From the human T2T-CHM13v2.0 reference genome, Homo sapiens, in assembly GCF_009914755.1 (NCBI RefSeq), contig NC_060936.1: a DNA stretch of 64,000 nt; one strand, written 5' to 3'. Positions 24,801 through 37,900 of this stretch are shown here, in pieces. The position numbers were made by a program, and so were the translations under genes. Every line of letters begins with the position of its first letter. Position 1 is the stretch's first letter. The notes beneath the pieces were generated by a model. The model did not search any database, was not told the DNA's origin, and was given only the letters and a program-made list of their open reading frames with translations.

Positions 24801-27800
24801 ATACGAAGATGTTTCCTTTTCTACCTTTGGTCTCAAAGCGATTGAAATCTCCACATGGAAACTCCACAAAAAGAGTGTTTCAAATCTGCTCTTTCTGAAG
24901 GAAGGTTCAACTCCGTGAGTTGAATACACACACCACAAATAAGTTACTGAGAATTCTTCTGTGTAACATTATATGAGGAAATCCCGTTTCCAACGAAGGC
25001 CTCAAAGAGGTCCAAATATCCACTTGCAGACTTTACAAAGACAGTGTCTCCAAACTCCTCCATCAAAAGAAAGGTTATACTCTGTGAATTGAACGCACAC
25101 ATCACAAAGTAGTTTCTGAGAACGATTCTGTCTAGTTTTCATACGAAGATATTTCCTTTTCTACATTTGGCCTAAAAGCGCTTGAAATCTCCACCTGCAA
25201 ATATCACAAAAACAGGGTTTCACATCTGCTCTGTCTAAAGGACAGTTCACCTCTGTGAGTTGAATAGAGGCAACACAAAGAACTTACTCAGTATTCTTCT
25301 TTCTAGCGTTCTATGAAGAAATCCCGTTTCCAACGAAGGCCTCAAAGAGGTCCAAATATCTGCTTGCAGACATTACAGACAGAGTGTTTCCAAACTACTC
25401 TATGAAAAGAAAGCTTAAACTCCTTGAGTTGAACGCACACATCACAAAGTAGTTTCTGAGAATGATTCTGTCTAGTTTTTATACGAAGATGTTTCCTTTT
25501 CTACATTTGGTCTCAAAGCGATTGAAATCTCCAACTGGAAACTGCACAAATAGGGTGTTTCAAATCTGCTCTGTCTAAAGGAAGGTTCAACTCTGTGAGT
25601 TGAATACACACACCACAAATAAGTTACTGAGAATTCTTCTGTCGAACATTACTTGAAGAAATACCGTTTCCAAAGAAGACCTCAAAGAGGTCAAAATATC
25701 CACTTGCAGACATTACAAACAGAGTGTTTCAAAACTGATCCATCAAAAGAAAGGTTAAACTCTGTGAGCTGAACACACACATCAAAAAGAAGTTTCTGTG
25801 AATGATTCTGTCTAGATTTTATAAGAAGATGTTTCCTTTTCTACCGTAGGCCTCAAAGCGCTTGAAATCTCCAGCTGCAAATTCTACAAAAAGGGTGTTT
25901 AACATCTGCTCTTCTAAAGGAAAGTTCAACTCTATGCGTTGAATAAACACAGCAGAAAGAAGTTACTGAGACTTCTCCTATCAAACATTATATGAAGAAA
26001 TCCCGTTTCCAACGAAGGCCTCAAAGAGGTCCAAATATCTGCTTGCAGACTTTACAGACAGAGTTTTTCCAAACTGCTCCATCAAAAGAAAGGTTAAACT
26101 CCTTGAGTTGAACACACACATCACAAAGTAGTTTCTGTGAATGATTCTGTCTAGTTTTTATACGAAGATGTTTCCTTTTCTACCTTTGGTCTCAAAGCGA
26201 TTGAAATCTCCACATGGAAACTCCACAAAAAGAGTGTTTCAAATCTGCTCTTTCTGAAGGAAGGTTCAACTCTGTGAGTTGAATACACACACCACAAATA
26301 AGTTACTGAGAATTCTTCTGTGTAACATTATATGAGGAAATCCCGTTTCCAACGAAGGCCTCAAAGAGGTCCAAATATCCACTTGCAGACTTTACAAAGA
26401 CAGTGTCTCCAAACTCCTCCATCAAAAGAAAGGTTATACTCTGTGAATTGAACGCACACATCACAAAGTAGTTTCTGAGAACGATTCTGTCTAGTTTTCA
26501 TACGAAGATATTTCCTTTTCTATATTTGGCCTAAAAGCGCTTGAAATCTCCACCTGCAAATATCACAAAAAGAGGGTTTCACATCTGCTCTGTCTAAAGG
26601 ACAGTTCACCTCTGTGAGTTGAATAGAGGCAACACAAAGAACTTACTCAGTATTCTTCTTTCTAGCGTTCTATGAAGAAATCCCGTTTCCAACGAAGGCC
26701 TCAAAGAGGTCCAAATATCTGCTTGCACACTTTACAGACAGAGTGTTTCCAAACTACTCTATGAAAAGAAAGCTTAAACTCCTTGAGTTGAACGCACACA
26801 TCACAAAGTAGTTTCTGAGAATGATTCTGTCTAGTTTTTATACGAAGATGTTTCCTTTTCTACATTTGGTCTCAAAGCGATTGAAATCTCCAACTGGAAA
26901 CTGCACAAATAGGGTGTTTCAAATCTGCTCTGTCTAAAGGAAGGTTCAACTCTGTGAGTTGAATACACACACCACAAATAAGTTACTGAGAATTCTTCTG
27001 TCGAACATTACTTGAAGAAATACCGTTTCCAAAGAAGGCCTCAAAGAGGTCAAAATATCCACTTGCAGACATTACAAACAGAGTGTTTCAAAACTGCTCC
27101 ATCAAAAGAAAGGTTAAACTCTGTGAGCTGAACACACACATGAAAAAGAAGTTTCTGTGAATGATTCTGTCTAGATTTTATAAGAAGATGTTTCCTTTTC
27201 TACCGTAGGCCTCAAAGCGCTTGAAATCTCCAGCTGCAAATTCTACAAAAAGGGTGTTTAACATCTGCTCTTCTAAAGGAAAGTTCAACTCTATGCGTTG
27301 AATAAACACAGCAGAAAGAAGTTACTGAGACTTCTCCTATCAAACATTATATGAAGAAATCCCGTTTCCAACGAAGGCCCCAAAGAGGTCCAAATATCTG
27401 CTTGCAGACTTTACAGACAGAGTTTTTCCAAACAGCTCCATCAAAAGAAAGGTTAAACTCCTTGAGTTGAACACACACATCACAAAGTAGTTTCTGTGAA
27501 TGATTCTGTCTAGTTTTTATACGAAGATGTTTCCTTTTCTACCTTTGGTCTCAAAGCGATTGAAATCTCCACATGGAAACTCCACAAAAAGAGTGTTTCA
27601 AATCTGCTCTTTCTGAAGGAAGGTTCAACTCTGTGAGTTGAATACACACACCACAAATAAGTTACTGAGAATTCTTCTGTGTAACATTATATGAGGAAAT
27701 CCCGTTTCCAACGAAGGCCTCAAAGAGGTCCAAATATCCACTTGCAGACTTTACAAAGACAGTGTCTCCAAACTCCTCCATCAAAAGAAAGGTTATACTC

Positions 27801-30800
27801 TGTGAATTGAACGCACACATCACAAAGTAGTTTCTGAGAATGATTCTGTCTAGTTTTTATACGAAGATATTTCCTTTTCTACATTTGGCCTAAAAGCGCT
27901 TGAAATCTCCACCTGCAAATATCACAAAAAGAGGGTTTCACATCTGCTCTGTCTAAAGGACAGTTCACCTCTGTGAGTTGAATAGAGGCAACACAAAGAA
28001 CTTACTCAGTATTCTTCTTTCTAGCGCTCTATGAAGAAATCCCGTTTCCAACGAAGGCCTCAAAGAGGTCCAAATATCTGCTTGCAGACTTCAGAGACAG
28101 AGTGTTTCCAAAGTACTCTATGAAAAGAAAGCTTAAACTCCTTGAGTTGAACGCACACATCACAAAGTAGTTTCTGAGAATGATTCTGTCTAGTTTTTAT
28201 ACGAAGATGTTTCCTTTTCTACATTTGGTCTCAAAGCGATTGAAATCTCCAACTGGAAACTGCACAAATAGGGTGTTTCAAATCTGCTCTTTCTAAAGGA
28301 AGGTTCAACTCTGTGAGTTGAATACACACACCACAAATAAGTTACTGAGAATTCTTCTGTCGAACATTACATGAAGAAATCCCGTTTCCAACGAAGGCCT
28401 CAAAGAGGTCCAAATATCCACTTGCAGACATTACAAACAGTGTGTTTCCAAACTGCTCCATCAAAAGAAAGGTTAAACTCTGTGAGCTGAACACACATCA
28501 AAAAGAAGTTTCTGTGAATGATTCTGTCTAGATTTTATAAGAAGATGTTTCCTTTTCTACAGTACGCCACAAAGCGCTTGAAATCTCCAGCTGCAAATTC
28601 CACAAAAAGGGTGTTTAACATCTGCTCTTCTAAAGGAAAGTTCAACTCTATGAGTTAAATAAACACAGCAGAAAGAAGTTACTGAGACTTCTCCTATCAA
28701 ACATTATATGAAGAAATCCCGTTTCCAACGCAGGCCTCAAAGAGGTCCAAATATCTGCTTGCAGACTTTACAGACAGAGTTTTTCCAAACTGCTCCATCA
28801 AAAGAAAGGTTAAACTCCTTGAGTTGAACACACACATCACAAAGTAGTTTCTGTGAATGATTCTGTCTAGTTTTTATACGAAGATGTTTCCTTTTCTACC
28901 TTTGGTCTCAAAGCGATTGAAATCTCCACATGGAAACTCCACAAAAAGAGTGTTTCAAATCTGCTCTTTCTGAAGGAAGGTTCAACTCTGTGAGTTGAAT
29001 ACACACACCACAAATAAGTTACTGAGAATTCTTCTGTGTAACATTATATGAGGAAATCCCGTTTCCAACAAAGGCCTCAAAGAGGTCCAAATATCCACTT
29101 GCAGACTTTACAAAGACAGTGTCTCCAAACTCCTCCATCAAAAGAAAGGTTATACTCTGTGAATTGAACGCACACATCACAAAGTAGTTTCTGAGAACGA
29201 TTCTGTCTAGTTTTCATACGAAGATATTTCCTTTTCTACATTTGGCCTAAAAGCGCTTGAAATCTCCACCTGCAAATATCACAAAAACAGGGTTTCACAT
29301 CTGCTCTGTCTAAAGGACAGTTCACCTCTGTGAGTTGAATAGAGGCAACACAAAGAACTTACTCAGTATTCTTCTTTCTAGCGTTCTATGAAGAAATCCC
29401 GTTTCCAACGAAGGCCTCAAAGAGGTCCAAATATCTGCTTGCAGACATTACAGACAGAGTGTTTCCAAACTACTCTATGAAAAGAAAGCTTAAACTCCTT
29501 GAGTTGAACGCACACATCACAAAGTAGTTTCTGAGAATGATTCTGTCTAGTTTTTATACGAAGATGTTTCCTTTTCTACATTTGGTCTCAAAGCGATTGA
29601 AATCTCCAACTGGAAACTGCACAAATAGGGTGTTTCAAATCTACTCTGTCTAAAGGAAGGTTCAACTCTGTGAGTTGAATACACACACCACAAATAAGTT
29701 ACTGAGAATTCTTCTGTCGAACATTACAGGAAGAAATCCCGTTTCCAACGAAGGCCTCAAAGAGGTCCAAATATCCACTTGCAGACATTACAAACAGAGT
29801 GTTTCCAAACTGCTCCATCAAAAGAAAGGTTAAACTCTGTAAGCTGAACACACACATCAAAAAGAAGTTTCTGTGAATGATTCTGTCTAGATTTTATAAG
29901 AAGATGTTTCCTTTTCTACCGTAGGCCTCAAAGCGCTTGAAATCTCCAGCTGCAAATTCCACAAAAAGGGTGTTTAACATCTGCTCTTCTAAAGGAAAGT
30001 TCAACTCTATGAGTTGAATACACACAGCACAAAGAAGTTACTGAGACTTCTCCTATCAAACATTATATGAAGAAATCCCGTTTCCAAAGAAGGCCTCAAA
30101 GAGGTCCAAATATCTGCTTGCAGACTTTACAGACAGAGTGTTTCCAAACTGCTCCATCAAAAGAAAGGTTAAACTCCTTGAGTTGAACACACACATCACA
30201 AAGTAGTTTCTGTGAATGATTCTGTCTAGTTTTTATACGAAGATGTTTCCTTTTCTACCTTTGGTCTCAAAGCGATTGAAATCTCCACATAGAAACTCCA
30301 CAAAAAGAGTGTTTCAAATCTGCTCTTTCTGAAGGAAGGTTCAACTCTGTGAGTTGAATACACACACCACAAATAAGTTACTGAGAATTCTTCTGTGTAA
30401 CATTATATGAGGAAATCCCGTTTCCAACGAAGGCCTCAAAGAGGTCCAAATATCCACTTGCAGACTTTACAAAGACAGTGTCTCCAAACTGCTCCATCAA
30501 AAGAAAGGTTATACTCTGTGAATTGAACGCACACATCACAAAGTAGTTTCTGAGAACGATTCTGTCTAGTTTTCATACGAAGATATTTCCTTTTCTACAT
30601 TTGGCCTAAAAGCGCTTGAAATCTCCACCTGCAAATATCACAAAAAGAGGGTTTCACATCTGCTCTGTCTAAAGGACAGTTCACCTCTGTGAGTTGAATA
30701 GAGGCAACACAAAGAACTTACTCAGTATTCTTCTTTCTAGCGTTCTATGAAGAAATCCCGTTTCCAACGAAGGCCTCAAAGAGGTCCAAATATCTGCTTG

Positions 30801-33800
30801 CACACTTTACAGACAGAGTGTTTCCAAACTACTCTATGAAAAGAAAGCTTAAACTCCTTGAGTTGAACGCACACATCACAAAGTAGTTTCTGAGAATGAT
30901 TCTGTCTAGTTTTTATACGAAGATGTTTCCTTTTCTACATTTGGTCTCAAAGCGATTGAAATCTCCAACTGGAAACTGCACAAATAGGGTGTTTCAAATC
31001 TGCTCTGTCTAAAGGAAGGTTCAACTCTGTGAGTTGAATACACACACCACAAATAAGTTACTGAGAATTCTTCTGTCGAACATTACTTGAAGAAATACCG
31101 TTTCCAAAGAAGGCCTCAAAGAGGTCAAAATATCCACTTGCAGACATTACAAACAGAGTGTTTCAAAACTGCTCCATCAAAAGAAAGGTTAAACTCTGTG
31201 AGCTGAACACACACATGAAAAAGAAGTTTCTGTGAATGATTCTGTCTAGATTTTATAAGAAGATGTTTCCTTTTCTACCGTAGGCCTCAAAGCGCTTGAA
31301 ATCTCCAGCTGCAAATTCTACAAAAAGGGTGTTTAACATCTGCTCTTCTAAAGGAAAGTTCAACTCTATGCGCTGAATAAACACAGCAGAAAGAAGTTAC
31401 TGAGACTTCTCCTATCAAACATTATATGAAGAAATCCCGTTTCCAACGAAGGCCCCAAAGAGGTCCAAATATCTGCTTGCAGACTTTACAGACAGAGTTT
31501 TTCCAAACAGCTCCATCAAAAGAAAGGTTAAACTCCTTGAGTTGAACACACACATCACAAAGTAGTTTCTGTGAATGATTCTGTCTAGTTTTTATACGAA
31601 GATGTTTCCTTTTCTACCTTTGGTCTCAAAGCGATTGAAATCTCCACATGGAAACTCCACAAAAAGAGTGTTTCAAATCTGCTCTTTCTGAAGGAAGGTT
31701 CAACTCTGTGAGTTGAATACACACACCACAAATAAGTTACTGAGAATTCTTCTGTGTAACATTATATGAGGAAATCCCGTTTCCAACGAAGGCCTCAAAG
31801 AGGTCCAAATATCCACTTGCAGACTTTACAAAGACAGTGTCTCCAAACTCCTCCATCAAAAGAAAGGTTATACTCTGTGAATTGAACGCACACATCACAA
31901 AGTAGTTTCTGAGAATGATTCTGTCTAGTTTTTATACGAAGATATTTCCTTTTCTACATTTGGCCTAAAAGCGCTTGAAATCTCCACCTGCAAATATCAC
32001 AAAAAGAGGGTTTCACATCTGCTCTGTCTAAAGGACAGTTCACCTCTGTGAGTTGAATAGAGGCAACACAAAGAACTTACTCAGTATTCTTCTTTCTAGC
32101 GTTATATGAAGAAATCCCGTTTCCAACGAAGGCCTCAAAGAGGTCCAAATATCTGCTTGCAGACTTCACAGACAGAGTGTTTCCAAAGTACTCTATGAAA
32201 AGAAAGCTTAAACTCCTTGAGTTGAACGCGCACATCACAAAGTAGTTTCTGAGAATGATTCTGTCTAGTTTTTATACGAAGATGTTTCCTTTTCTACATT
32301 TGGTCTCAAAGCGATTGAAATCTCCAACTGGAAACTGCACAAATAGGGTGTTTCAAATCTGCTCTTTCTAAAGGAAGGTTCAACTCTGTGAGTTGAATAC
32401 ACACACCACAAATAAGTTACTGAGAATTCTTCTGTCGAACATTACATGAAGAAATCCCGTTTCCAACGAAGGCCTCAAAGAGGTCCAAATATCCACTTGC
32501 AGACATTACAAACAGTGTGTTTCCAAACTGCTCCATCAAAAGAAAGGTTAAACTCTGTGAGCTGAACACACATCAAAAAGAAGTTTCTGTGAATGATTCT
32601 GTCTAGATTTTATAAGAAGATGTTTCCTTTTCTACAGTACGCCACAAAGCGCTTGAAATCTCCAGCTGCAAATTCCACAAAAAGGGTGTTTAACATCTGC
32701 TCTTCTAAAGGAAAGTTCAACTCTATGAGTTAAATAAACACAGCAGAAAGAAGTTACTGAGACTTCTCCTATCAAACATTATATGAAGAAATCCCGTTTC
32801 CAACGAAGGCCTCAAAGAGGTCCAAATATCTGCTTGCAGACTTTACAGACAAAGTTTTTCCAAACTGCTCCATCAAAAGAAAGGTTAAACTCCTTGAGTT
32901 GAACACACACATCACAAAGTAGTTTCTGTGAATGATTCTGTCTAGTTTTTATACGAAGATGTTTCCTTTTCTACCTTTGGTCTCAAAGCGATTGAAATCT
33001 CCACATGGAAACTCCACAAAAAGAGTGTTTCAAATCTGCTCTTTCTGAAGGAAGGTTCAACTCTGTGAGTTGAATACACACACCACAAATAAGTTACTGA
33101 GAATTCTTCTGTGTAACATTATATGAGGAAATCCCGTTTCCAACGAAGGCCTCAAAGAGGTCCAAATATCCACTTGCAGACTTTACAAAGACAGTGTCTC
33201 CAAACTCCTCCATCAAAAGAAAGGTTATACTCTGTGAATTGAACGCACACATCACAAAGTAGTTTCTGAGAATGATTCTGTCTAGTTTTTATACGAAGAT
33301 ATTTCCTTTTCTACATTTGGCCTAAAAGCGCTTGAAATCTCCAAGTGCAAATATCACAAAAAGAGGGTTTCACATCTGCTCTTTCTAAAGGACAGTTCAC
33401 CTCTGTGAGTTGAATAGAGGCAACACAAAGAACTTACTCAGTATTCTTCTTTCTAGCGTTCTATGAAGAAATCCCGTTTCCAACGAAGGCCCCAAAGAGG
33501 TCCAAATATCTGCTTGCAGACTTTACAGACAGAGTGTTTCCAAACTACTCTATGAAAAGAAAGCTTAAACTCCTTGAGTTGAACGCACACATCACAAAGT
33601 AGTTTCTGAGAATGATTCTGTCTAGTTTTTATACGAAGATGTTTCCTTTTCTACATTGGGTCTCAAAGCAATTGAAATCTCCAACTGGAAACTGCACAAA
33701 TAGGGAGTTTCAAATCTGATCTGTCTAAAGGGAGGGTCAACTCTGTGAGTTGAATACACACACCACAAATAAGTTACTGAGAATTCTTCTGTCGAACATT

Positions 33801-34843
33801 ACATGAAGAAATCCCGTTTCCAACGAAGACCTCAAAGAGGTCCAAATATCCACTTGCAGACATTACAGAGTGTTTCCAAACTGCTCCATCAAAAGAAAGG
33901 TTAAACTCTGTGAGCTGAACACACACATCAAAAAGAAGTTTCTGTGAATGATTCTGTCTAGATTTTATAAGAAGATGTTTCCTTTTCTACCGTAGGCCAC
34001 AAAGCGCTTGAAATCTCCAGCTGCAAATTCCACAAAAAGGGTGTTTAACATCTGCTCTTCTAAAGGAAAGTTCAACTCTATGCGTTGAATACACACAGCA
34101 CAAAGAAGTTACTGAGACTTCTCCTATCAAACATTATATGAAGAAATCCCGTTTCCAACGAAGGCCTCAAAGAGGTCCAAATATCTGCTTGCAGACTTTA
34201 CAGACAGACTTTTTCCAAACTGCTCCATCAAAAGAAAGGTTAAACTCCTTGAGTTGAACACACACATCACAAAGTAGTTTCTGTGAATGATTCTGTCCAG
34301 TTTTTATACGAAGATGTTTCCTTTTCTACCTTTGGTCTCAAAGCGATTGAAATCTCCACATGGAAACTCCACAAAAAGAGTGTTTCAAATCTGCTCTTTC
34401 TGAAGGAAGGTTCAACTCAGTGAGTTGAATACACACACCACAAATAAGTTACTGAGAATTCTTCTGTGTAACATTATATGAGGAAATCCCGTTTCCAACG
34501 AAGGCCTCAAAGAGGTCCAAATATCCACTTGCAGACTTTACAAAGACAGTGTCTCCAAACTCCTCCATCAAAAGAAAGGTTATACTCTGTGAATTGAACG
34601 CACACATCACAAAGTAGTTTCTGAGAATGATTCTGTCTAGTTTTTATACGAAGATATTTCCTTTTCTACATTTGGCCTAAAAGCGCTTGAAATCTCCACC
34701 TGCAAATATCACAAAAAGAGGGTTTCACATCTGCTCTGTCTAAAGGACAGTTCACCTCTGTGAGTTGAATAGAGGCAACACAAAGAACTTACTCAGTATT
34801 CTTCTTTCTAGCGTTCTATGAAGAAATCCCGTTTCCAACGAAG
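15831..34843 (-). repeat. Run of 14 consecutive canonical-order 8-mer HORs
   Basis: D boxes at 17173, 18532, 19888, 21247, 22606, 23965, 25322, 26681, 28040, 29397, 30756, 32115, 33472 and 34827. Only 1-4 bp deletions alter the spacing. Confidence 0.9.
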
Positions 34844-35523
34844 GCCCCAAAGAGGTCCAAATATCCGCTTGCAGACTTTACAGACAGAGTGTTTCCAAAC
34901 TGCTCCATCAAAAGAAAGGTTAAACTCCTTGAGTTGAACACACACATCACAAAGTAGTTTCTGTGAATGATTCTGTCTAGTTTTTATACGAAGATGTTTC
35001 CTTTTCTACCTTTGGTCTCAAAGCGATTGAAATCTCCACATGGAAACTCCACAAAAAGAGTGTTTCAAATCTGCTCTTTCTGAAGGAAGGTTCAACTCTG
35101 TTAGTTGAATACACACATCACAAATAAGTTAATGAGAATTCTTCTGTGTAACATTATATGAGGAAATCCCGTTTCCAACGAAGGCCTCAAAGAGGTCCAA
35201 ATATCCACATGCAGACTTTACAAAGACAGTGTCTCCAAACTCCTCCATCAAAAGAAAGGTTATACTCTGTGAATTGAACGCACACATCACAAAGTAGTTT
35301 CTGAGAATGATTCTGTCTAGTTTTTATACGAAGATATTTCCTTTTCTACATTTGGCCTAAAAGCGCTTGAAATCTCCACCTGCAAATATCACAAAAAGAG
35401 GGTTTCACATCTGCTCTGTCTAAAGGACAGTTCACCTCTGTGAGTTGAATAGCGGCAACACAATGAACTTACTCAGTATTCTTCTTTCTAGCGTTCTATG
35501 AAGAAATCCCGTTTCCAACGAAG
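34844..35523 (-). repeat. C-D 4-mer HOR variant (A and B skipped)
   Basis: D (box 34827) is followed directly by a C-type dimer (tgctccatca, tacctttgg, catgg; box 35167) and then D (box 35507). Confidence 0.9.
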
Positions 35524-37222
35524 GCCTCAATGAGGTCCAAATATCTGCTTGCAGACTTTACAGACAGAGTGTTTCCAAACTACTCTATGAAAAGAAAGCT
35601 TAAACTCCTTGAGTTGAACGCACACATCACAAAGTAGTTTCTGAGAATGATTCTGTCTAGTTTTTATACGAAGATGTTTCCTTTTCTACATTTGGTCTCA
35701 AAGCGATTGAAATCTCCAACTGGAAACTGCACAAATAGGGTGTTTCAAATCTGCTCTGTCTAAAGGAAGGTTCAACTCTGTGAGTTGAATACACACACCA
35801 CACATAAGTTACTGAGAATTCTTCTGTCGAACATTACAGGAAGAAATCCCGTTTCCAACGAAGGCCTCAAAGAGGTCCAAATATCCACTTGCAGACATTA
35901 CAAACAGAGTGTTTCCAAACTGCTCCATCAAAAGAAAGGTTAAACTCTGTGAGCTGAACACACACATCAAAAAGAAGTTTCTGTGAATGATTCTGTCTAG
36001 ATTTTATAAGAAGATGTTTCCTTTTCTACCGTAGGCCTCAAAGCGCTTGAAATCTCCAGCTGCAAATTCCACAAAAAGGGTCATTAACATCTGCTCTTCT
36101 AAAGGAGAGTTCAACTCTATGAGTTGAATACACACAGCACAAAGAAGTTACTGAGACTTCTCCTATCAAACATTATATGAAGAAATCCCGTTTCCAACGA
36201 AGGCCTCAAAGAGGTCCAAATATCTGCTTGCAGACTTTACAGACAGAGTGTTTCCAAACTGCTCCATCAAAAGAAAGGATAAACTCCTTGAGTTGAACAC
36301 ACACATCACAAAGTAGTTTCTGTGAATGATTCTGTCTAGTTTTTATACGAAGATGTTTCCTTTTCTACCTTTGGTCTCAAAGCGATTGAAATCTCCACAT
36401 GGAAACTCCACAAAAAGAGTGTTTCAAATCTGCTCTTTCTGAAGGAAGGTTCAACTCTGTGAGTTGAATACACACACCACAAATAAGTTACTGAGAATTC
36501 TTCTGTGTAACATTATATGAGGAAATCCCGTTTCCAACGAAGGCCACAAAGAGGTCCAAATATCCACTTGCAGACTTTACAAAGACAGTGTCTCCAAACT
36601 CCTCCATCAAAAGAAAGGTTATACTCTGTGAATTGAACGCACACATCACAAAGTAGTTTCTGAGAATGATTCTGTCTAGTTTTTATAAGAAGATATTTCC
36701 TTTTCTACATTTGGCCTAAAAGCGCTTGAAATCTCCACCTGCAAATATCACAAAAAGAGGGTTTCACATCTGCTCTGTCTAAAGGACAGTTCACCTCTGT
36801 GAGTTGAATAGAGGCAACACAAAGAACTTACTCAGTATTCTTCTTTCTAGCGTTCTATGAAGAAATCCCGTTTCCAATGAAGACCCCAATGAGGTCCAAA
36901 TATCTGCTTGCAGACTTTACAGACAGAGTGTTTCCAAACTACTCTATGAAAAGAAAGCTTAAACTCCTTGAGTTGAACGCACACATCACCAAGTAGTTTC
37001 TGAGAATGATGCTGTCTAGTTTTTGTACGAAGATGTTTCCTTTTCTACATTTGGTCTCAAAGCCATTGAAATCTCCAACTGGAAACTGCACAAATAGGGT
37101 GTTTCAAATCTGCTCTGTCTAAAGGAAGGTTCAACTCTGTGAGTTGAATACACACACCATAAATAAGTTACTGAGAATTCTTCTGTCGAACATTACAGGA
37201 AGAAATCCCGTTTCCAACGAAG

Positions 37223-37900
37223 GCCTCAAAGAGGTCCAAATATCCACTTGCAGACATTACAAACAGAGTGTTTCCAAACTGCTCCATCAAAAGAAAGGTT
37301 AAACTCTGTGAGCTGAACACACACATGAAAAAGAAGTTTCTGTGAATGATTCTGTCTAGATTTTATAAGAAGATGTTTCCTTTTCTACCGTAGGCCTCAA
37401 AGCGCTTGTAATCTCCAGCTGCAAATTCCACAAAAAGGGTGTTTAACATCTGCTCTTCTAAAGGAAAGTTCAACTCTATGAGTTGAATACACACAGCACA
37501 AAGAAGTTACTGAGACTTCTCCTATCAAACATTATATGAAGAAATCCCGTTTCCAACGAAGGCCTCAAAGAGGTCCAAATATCCACTTGCAGACATTACA
37601 AACAGAGTGTTTCCAAACTGCTCCATCAAAAGAAAGGTTAAACTCTGTGAGCTGAACACACACATCAAAAAGAAGTTTCTGTGAATGATTCTGTCTAGAT
37701 TTTGTAAGAAGATGTTTCCTTTTCTACCGTAGGCCTCAAAGCGCTTGAAATCTCCACCTGCAAATTCCACAAAAAGGGTGTTTTACATCTGCTCTTCTAA
37801 AGGAAAGTTCAACTCTATGCGTTGAATACACACAGGACAAAGAAGTTACTGAGACTTCTCCTATCAAACATTATATGAAGAAATCCCGTTTCCAACGAAG
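37223..37900 (-). repeat. Tandem B-B dimers (10-mer HOR variant); related B-B at 61327-62004
   Basis: Two consecutive 339-bp B dimers, with boxes at 37545/37884 and 61649/61988. Confidence 0.92.
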
